DNA from: Schmidtea polychroa | Taxonomy: Eukaryota | Direction: 5' to 3' | Assembly: GCA_044892525.1 (NCBI GenBank) | Contig: CM097885.1 | Coordinates: forward strand, 3,660,001 to 3,724,000 | Length of the DNA stretch: 64,000 nt | Shown: one piece after another, positions 55,262 to 64,000 of the stretch | Layout of the letters: every line of letters begins with the position of its first letter | Position numbering within the stretch: position 1 is the stretch's first letter | The notes under the pieces: generated by a model | Seen by the model: only the letters and a program-made list of their open reading frames with translations | Told to the model about the DNA's origin: nothing | Database searches by the model: none | Made by a program: the position numbers and the translations under genes

Positions 55262-58200
55262 AGTGAATAATTTTTTATTCTCTATCTAATATTAATGATT
55301 ATTTTCTTTTAGTGAACGGATGCAGTTTATATAAATTTTGTATTGCCGAAAGTCATGAAGATGTGGAGAACTGTAAATCAGTTACATCATCATATTTCAA
55401 GATAAATGACTCTACCTTATCGGGTTACATATGTCCGGAATGTCTCATTATAACACCAAGTAGGTGGTTAATGTTTGTACGACAACACAGACACCATCTT
55501 AGAAGATTCGAAGAAACGAAGAGCAGGATGATCACTAAAAGTAATACTCTTTCTACTATTAACAATTATTAATTTTTTATAGTACAATCGAAACTGAATA
55601 CATCATACGATCCTAAGCAGATTAAAGAATATGTTACAAGTTATGTTATTTAAGTTGTTTAATATTAATTATAAATATAGTTAGACAAAACTCTGGCACC
55701 ACAAAACGAAAGTCAATATTTTACAGAAATGGAGACTCCAACAATTGTGTCTACGTCGGGAGTCTGACTTAAATGGTTCTCGAGTTGAATTGACAAGCGA
55801 TGTATCTGCAATTAATTCTCCTGACATTGTTGTTCCAGATTGTCTCATCAAAGAAATAGAAGATCATATTCAACGAATGGGGACAGTAAAAATCCAATTT
55901 GGACTTTGTGCAGAGTTTATCAAAGAGGATGGTGAAATTAAAAAATGGTGTTTGTCGAATAAAGCAATTACAATGTCATCTTCATTTATTAATGATGGAA
56001 TTGAAAAATTAAAAGAAAAGTTGGAGAAATACACTCAACAAAGTAGTGGGTGGAGAATTCATAAAATATTAGAAGTTACTATGATTTTAACTAAATTATC
56101 AGACATAATACATGTATCTGGTAAGTTTATTTACATTATTATATATATATAAATCAAGATATTTACTTAGGTTCAAGTTACATTAAAACGCCAAATTACC
56201 TGAAAAACTGCAAGGCTTTAGTTAATGTTCAAAACAATGATCAATTCTGTTTTTTATATAGCATACTGGCTGTATTACATTATGATGACATAAAACACTA
56301 CAGAGAAAGAGTAATGAAATATAATTTAAGTGGTAATATATATTTATATCATTCTAAGAAAAAAAAATATATATATATATATTTAGAGCTAAAATGGAAA
56401 TCAGATTGGTTTCCAATAAAGTTGGTTAACATTTGCCAATTTGAGGCAATGAATCCTAATCTATCGATCAATGTTCTCAAATATAATAAGGATCCAATTA
56501 AACAAAAAACTTATGATATTTTCAAGAATCCGTTCGTTGACTTGGTATATAGAAGTACTCCGACGGGATCTCAGATATATCTCCTATTGATTGAAGAAGG
56601 TAATATTTCTATTAATCATTAAAATATTAACTAAATTTTAGAATTAAATTATCATTTTTTGGCTGTAACCAATCGCGATCGACTGCTGAATTACAGAGAT
56701 AAAGTAGAAGGAGTCAGAATCCAATCACAATGGTGTCATACATGTCTTCATGGGTTTCGAAAACGTCCTGCTTTTGAAAGACATATATGTCTTTGTAGGA
56801 AGAATGTGGAGCGGACGACTCTATACTCAATGCCAGAGAATAAATAGATCGAATTTAAAGACTGGAGTAAAACTATAAAATAGCAGTTTGTTGTCTACGC
56901 GGCCTTTGAATCGATATTACCTCTAGATGGCAAGCACTTCCAAAAACATGAGCCGATTGCATCTGAATTTGTGCTTCTTCATCAAAATTGTCCGATCCGA
57001 AATGAAACATTTGTTGGGAAAAACTGTATCATTCAGTTTATACAAGCATTGGATGATATAGCTACAGACATAGTTTATCCGTGGTATAAAATTAATGGAT
57101 CAAAGGAAATGATGGAACTCACTTGGGAACAGCAGGAAGAATTCACAAACCAAACTCATTGCTACCTTTGTAAAAAGATTATCAATATACCTGTTCGGGA
57201 TCATGATCATTTTACCGGTCAATATCTCGGAGCAGCGTGTCAAGATTGTAATTTGGCTAGAAGAATCAATCCGTCTTTACCTGTTGTATTTCACAATCTT
57301 CGTGGATATGACATTCATCATATATTAAAATATGCAATTGGAAAATTCCCCGATTGGAATTTAAATGTTATTCCTCAATCAACAGAAAAGTTTCTCACAC
57401 TTACAGCGACATCGAAAGGCAGAAGAATTAGATTCATTGATTCTTTACAATTTTTAAATAGCAGCTTGGCAAATTTATCAAAAAATTTACCATGTCTTCC
57501 ACTGACCTCAGATGTTTTCGAATCACAGATGATGACTTGTAAAACCATTTTTCCTTATGATATGGCTACATCAATGGATGTTTTACAGTCAATAACAGAA
57601 TTACCACCGATTTGGAAGGAGTTAGTCAAGAAGATTATATACATGCAAATCGAATCTGGCAACAATACAACTGTGAGACACTGCTAGATTACATGCTAGT
57701 ATATCTCAAGCTGCATGTTTTTCTGTTGGCCGATGTTTTTGAAGCTTTCAGAGAAAAAACATTTGACGAAGATGGACTTGAGGCTCTATCGTTTGTTTCC
57801 ATACCCGGATTAAGTTGGGCATCAGCTATTAAACAGTTACCTAAACCGGTAGAACTTATTCAAGATCCAGAGCTTTACCGTTTATTTGAAGCTGGTATTC
57901 GTGGTGGAATGACATTTATCAACAAACATCATGTTGAAGCTGATGAATCAACACAAATGTCATACCTAGATGTTAATAATTTATATGGATGGGCGCTGTC
58001 GCAAAAACTTCCTGTTGGTGAATTTAGATGGATAAATGATCAGACTGAAATGAATGGTATTGTTGAAAGATGTGCAAATGGGGATGAGTTTGATGGAGAT
58101 CGTGGATATGTTCTAGAGGTTGACATCGTCATTCCTGATAGTATACAAGATAAGCTAGATGATTTACCTATAGCTCCTGAGCTTTGTTATCCACCTGGTA

Positions 58201-59246
58201 GTAAAGTTGAAAAGCTGTTGTTAACTCATGAGCCTAAGAAAAACTATGTAGTTAATGGTAGAGTTTTGACAGAGTGGTTGAGTTACGGCGCAAAAGTCAC
58301 AAAAGTTAATCGTGCTGTAGAATTCAAGCAAGTGGCTATTTTCAAAGGATATATTGATTACAAAACCAAAATGAGAGCAGCTAGTACGGATTCGTTTCAG
58401 CGAGATTATTATAAGTTAAAGAACAACAGTTTATACGGTAAAACTGTGGAAAACTTGAAGAAACGTATAAATTTGAGATTATGCAACAAAAGCAAAAGAT
58501 TGATAACTTATTGTAGTCATCCTATGTTTCATCGTAGCATCAAGATTGCGGATGATCTCATTGCTGTTTTACTCAATAAGGAAATTGTGTGTTTAGATAG
58601 ACCAATGTATATTGGACAAACCGTACTTGATTTATCTAAACTTCGCATGTACCAGTTTCAATATAAAGAACTACAGAGTTATAGAGAAGAATTCAATTGT
58701 CAAATTAATATCGTAGCTGGTGACACAGATTCCTTCTTTTTAGAGTGTAAAAATGTTGATTTACGCTTACAACTGTATCCAAAAATGATTGCCGATGGGC
58801 TCCTAGATACTTCAAATTATCCAGTGACTGATCCATTGTTCTCAGATAAAATTTGTTCGGTAATCGGGAAAGTTAAGGATGAGAATAAAGGAAATCAATA
58901 TAAAGAATGGGTGTTTCTTCGACCCAAATGCTACTCCCTCCAAGGCGATAAAAACACTCTAAAAGCCAAAGGAATAAGTCTTACAAATTCTAATATCACC
59001 CATGAAGCCTATAAAAAAGTGTATACTGATGGTGGAACAGTGAGCATCCAACAAAAGAGAATAGGAAGTGTCAATCATCAGTTGTATACTTTCATTACAG
59101 AAAAACGAGCTCTCCAATGTTTGGATGATAAAAGGTATTGGTTCAATTCTAATGAAAGCTATGCCTACGGTCACTATAAGATTCGTCAAATGCATATTGC
59201 AACTGCTATGTCTAGAAATGAATGCAAATCGAAACAAGCACTTTAA
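55262..59246 (+). pseudogene. Protein-primed family B DNA polymerase, right arm
   Basis: Exons 55262, 55313-55540, 55583-55639, 55681-56120, 56171-56332, 56387-56599, 56642-59246. Lesions: 4-bp deletion near 55742, TAG 56845-47 (shared with the left arm), TAG 56881-83, ExoI D>A, 1-bp deletion near 57614. Confidence 0.9.
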
Positions 59247-60136
59247 CAATTAAATTTATGTGAATAATAAAATATATATTGTGAATTATTTGACTTCGTT
59301 AATTAAAATATGTTTTATCATTTAATAATTCATTTGTCCAATTAATTTAGATAATTAGTTTTAAGTAAGAATTATTATTTATCATGAAAAACTTTGCTTT
59401 GTTTTGAAAAATTAATGCCCATTTTATTTTAAATTAACACAGCTTTATTTTATGATTATTACTAATTAAAATTTTATTCAAATTGAAATATTATTGTTAC
59501 AATTTACACTCTTAAAACAATAAATGCTGCTACCAAGCAATCATCATTTTATAATTTACACTCTTGTTAGAATATTAACTAGAATATTAAAATTAACTAA
59601 AGTAATTAATTAAAACAAAAAACCTAGTAAAATAATTAATTATTAAATTAAAAAAAAAATTAAATAGAATTAAATAAATTTAAAAAAAATAAATAAATAA
59701 AATGATTCGATTGACCTATATTTGATCTGGACATTGGGATGACCTTGAAAGTGTCCTGGAGTCCTCACTACATACTACTAATACTAATTCACGATTCTAG
59801 TGATTCTCATGATAAAGTTCATTAAGAGAGCCAAACTGACCTATCCGTCTCCGATTGCCAAAAGGAGTTAATAATCGAAGTTATTACAGATAAAGATTTC
59901 AATACTTTCACATCGTACGATACTGGAGCTGAAATTCCCAAATGTGAGATCATCAACAAACTCAGTATATTCGCCAGATCAAAGTCCGATGCTTTCGTTG
60001 GAAAATTAACTGCTGGAGCCAATATTTCTATGATCGCTTTCAATGTCGTTTTCAATAAAAACTTTATGCAAATTCGTTTCGAGTCTATACAGTTGACACT
60101 TGGTTGTTGATTGAATTATTATTATTATTATTACTT

Positions 60137-60298
60137 AAAACAATAAAGTGATAATTTAAGCGTTTTGCTGCGAATAATGTATTCAATGAAAAAATTTTCG
60201 ACTATAAGATAGATTGACAAGCACTATCTTATAGTCGAAATTTTTTCACGAAATACATTATTCGCAGCAAAAGACTTAAATTATCATTTTATTTTTTT
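60137..60298. mobile_element. Fold-back mini-element, family A, second copy, between (TTA)n tracts
   Basis: Same arms as 13209-13393; TTGACAA-g-cACTAT-ctt-ATAGTC-GAAA at 60214-60240. Confidence 0.75.
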
Positions 60299-60306
60299 TA
60301 TTATTA

Positions 60307-60384
<78 letters not shown>

Positions 60385-60799
60385 GATTATTATTATTATT
60401 ATTATTATTATTCACAAAAACCTTGCTTTAAAAATATCCTTTGAAAATTATTCATAAAAATTTGCATTTAAAATTTCTTTACTTTTTTAAAATTCTCAGT
60501 GGCTTCAGTTTTTCAAAATATGTTACAATAAATTTAAAATCCAATACTTATTTTTAAATATTATCTTAATTTACTTTAATTTATTTAATCTTAAATATTA
60601 TTTTATTTCTTTTAAAATTATTACTTAGTTAAAAATTAATTTATCCAAAATCTCGAAACTAGTCTACTATTGGGATTTGCTTTGGGTTTCACAAAGCTTG
60701 TGCTATTTATATTATTCAAGTGTAAGACAACCGAAAAAAATCTTACACCATTACATTATTATTATTATTTATTTTATTAAGAAGAACATGATCAAAATT

Positions 60800-61010
60800 T
60801 ACGAGACTTTCTTCAAGCCGCTCACCTTAACAACCTTCAAATTAAAGAAGACAAAAGTAATTTCCTACAGTCAGTTATTCAAGCCAGATTCAATACAATT
60901 CAAAGCACTCCTCAAATATCCAACACCAAGCACCATGAAACAAATTGGACACCTAATTGAACTTTTTTCATATTATGCCAAATGGATTCAAAATCGGACC
61001 CTTGAGAAGG
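60800..61010 (+). mobile_element. Gypsy RT C-terminal fragment
   Basis: KPDSIQFKALLKYPTPSTMKQIGHLIELFSYYAKWIQN. Confidence 0.65.
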
Positions 61011-62016
61011 ATAGGTTTTATTTCCTTTGTAACTTAGTGACTGAAATAAAGTAACGCTGTCCGAGTAAGCATGAATGTTTTATTATTGGTTCAAAATATT
61101 TTTTTATCAAGTAGACAATTTTTTATGGGGGAAGAGAGTTGAAAAAAAATGCATGTGTATAATAAATATTTGGGGCATTAAAGGACTTTTTTTTCGTTTA
61201 TTTACAAAATAGAACACTTTTTTTAAAACCAGAACGTCAGTTAATATTGAAAGTTTTTATACAAATAAAATGAGTTGAAATCATTGATTTCCAGATATAA
61301 TTAGAAATGCAGGGGGGGGGGGGCAAGTCTCCTCACTTGCTCCCTTTGCGGACGCCCATGGATGTCATTATTATTATTATCATTATAATTATTTCTAACC
61401 AATCAAATGATTTTATAATTTATTGTCTAATTACTAATTAATAAAAAATATTAAAAAAATTGATAAAATGGACACTTAAATAAATTTGCAGGACTGACAT
61501 TGTATTTTCAAGGCCAAAAATATATTCCAGAAACCCATACAACTTGACGTTTCATTCCATCCTCCTCCTAGTATTATTTACAGACTTAATCCTAAGTCGC
61601 ATTTTTTGTACGATCTGGACCCCCCTTCAACCCGTAATTCATGATCATTGATTTGAGAAATAGCAATCAGCCAAGTTTTCCATTATAATTTAAATGAGTG
61701 TCAAAAGAAATAAGAAAATATATTTATAATTATTATTATAATTATTACCCTAAATTGGACATAGTCGAGACTGCCAGCAGAAATAGGGAAACTCCTCTTC
61801 AATTGATCCAGTTCAACAGATATTAAGAAAACTAAATTATTGTCATTTTCCTAATCTAACCATGAAACTGTTTCTGGATTTGCATTTTTTGGCACATTTT
61901 CCTTATCGCATTTTACTCTCAAATGCAACTTTTTACGCTTCATTGAATTCGTTTAATTTTTCATTCACAAATATATTCATAAAATTTTCACTCCATCTTT
62001 GCTTTTAATATTATTA

Positions 62017-62171
<155 letters not shown>

Positions 62172-62962
62172 ATTATTATTATTATTTATTAATTAAAATT
62201 ATAATAATGGTGATATTAAATTTTGCTACATTCATAATGGCTAAAAGCTTTATTTTAATTCAACAATACGCAGGAAATTTTCTTTAGTCGTCAGACTAAT
62301 GGTTTCATTACGGACTGAGCTGGGTCTTCCTGTGTCCTCAAAGCAAACTAATTAACAAAAGATTCAACCTGTAAGAAAAACAAAAAAAATTATTAATAGT
62401 TTTTTATATTTATTTAAGGCCTTCTTGCACTGTAGTTAAGAAATAATGAAAAGAAATTTGAAGTTCTCATTGAAGCCAAGTTTGAATGAGCCTGAATCTC
62501 ATCTATGAAATTTATGCATTCAATTATGCGGGAGTAATTGCCAGTTGTTGCACTAAGGTTCCTAAGGCTTCGGGTGGGTAATCATTCAAATTTATTCTTA
62601 TTCGGCATTGGTGTCCAATTTGTGAGTTTCTCGAGATCGGCGGCCTCATTTCATTATTCTTTGCTTGCAGTCTCTCGGCCGGCTTGGTAAATGGGGCTAA
62701 TGGACAGATGTTGATCGGGGATAATTAATTGGGTTTCTCGGGAGAAATTGCAACTGATTATTGTTGGTGATTATGTTGCTTCAGGGGCCTTTCAATGCTG
62801 TTGAAATTATTAATCAAAACGAATAATAATTTTTACAGATTATTGACAGCTCATTTTGGACATTACTTTGGCCAATATTGGGAAACCAGTTGAAATCTTT
62901 GCCAACAATTATAAACCAAAATCAAAGATTTCTTTTTCTCATTCATCAAAATTTATAATATG

Positions 62963-63025
<63 letters not shown>

Positions 63026-63027
<2 letters not shown>

Positions 63028-63258
63028 TGAATTTATTAAAAAGAGAGTGTGAAGACTATAAATCAGTAATAAATCGATGATTGTTGATACTCACGAATTT
63101 TCGGAACTGCCTTTTTCAAGTGAAAAAAAGGCAGTGCCGAAAATTTGTGAGTATTAACAATCATCGATATATTACTGATTTATAGTCTTCACACTCTTTT
63201 TAATAAATTCAATGGAAAAATAGTCAGTGGTGAAATTGGAAGAAAAGAAAGTTCTTAA
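63026..63258. mobile_element. Fold-back mini-element, family B, complete, between (TAA)n tracts
   Basis: Inverted repeat 63026-63213 plus a one-sided tail at 63214-63258. Minus strand 63092-63122 reads CAC-TTGAAAA-a-ggc-agt-tcc-GAAA-ATTC-GTG. Confidence 0.78.
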
Positions 63259-63274
63259 TATAAATTAATAATAA

Positions 63275-63407
<133 letters not shown>

Positions 63408-64000
63408 TTTATTGGCAGCTGAAATATGTAGGGAATAGAAAGGTTTTCGTCACGCTTTGTTGAACCTGGAAGACAATGAAGGAAACCCTTGCCTAAAATT
63501 GGAAGATATTGCTATTATTACCAGAAATTATTTTGCCAACGAGATGCAGTTGATATTTGTTTTACTGAGTAATTGAAAAATATTAAAAAATATTAACTAA
63601 AAAATCGTAATTAATTTATTTTTGGACTTCTTGCAATCCAATGAGCTGTTGAGAGCAAAAGTGATAATGGAAACTGTTTTCTTCTTCCTGCTTCTAATGT
63701 TTCTGATAATGGGAATCAACGTATTTTAATAAGTTCCTTTTTTGTCACTGATTTCATTCGATTTCTAGCTCTTGCAATGTTTGGGCTCTTTATTTGTCAG
63801 TTACACTAGGAACGAATTGCCATGAATCCTCCAGTATTGCTTGTGGCGTATTATGCAGGGATTATAAATACTATATCCTTTCAATGCAGATATTATTCAT
63901 TTAATTTTTATCAATAAAATTTTGAACTAGTTGTGTTGTCTGTGAATTTGGATATTAACAATTTTTGTTTGACGTGAAGTTTTCTTACACCGGTTTATTG

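Overview
Very AT-rich, repeat-dense eukaryotic DNA with short GT-AG introns and many (TAA)n/(TTA)n tracts. An intact spliced RGLI-amide neuropeptide precursor gene (npp-2-like, 22295-22950) points to a flatworm, probably a triclad planarian (inference). Most of the window is decayed and often nested transposons: hAT, Tigger/pogo, piggyBac, Gypsy and Penelope-like elements (PLEs) with minimal hammerhead ribozymes. The main observation is a 12.5-kb Polinton/Maverick-type insertion (47233-59779) with AGTAGT...ACTACT termini and a perfect 6-bp AATACT target-site duplication (TSD). It is almost entirely a palindrome: two ~5.4-kb inverted arms each carry a complete six-intron protein-primed PolB gene around a 1.7-kb spacer, with no recognisable integrase, ATPase, protease or capsid gene. 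The second is two families of 160-190-bp fold-back elements in (TAA)n tracts, whose symmetry axis lies at the 5' edge of a U3:A8-variant hammerhead motif. All calls were made by eye without database searches.
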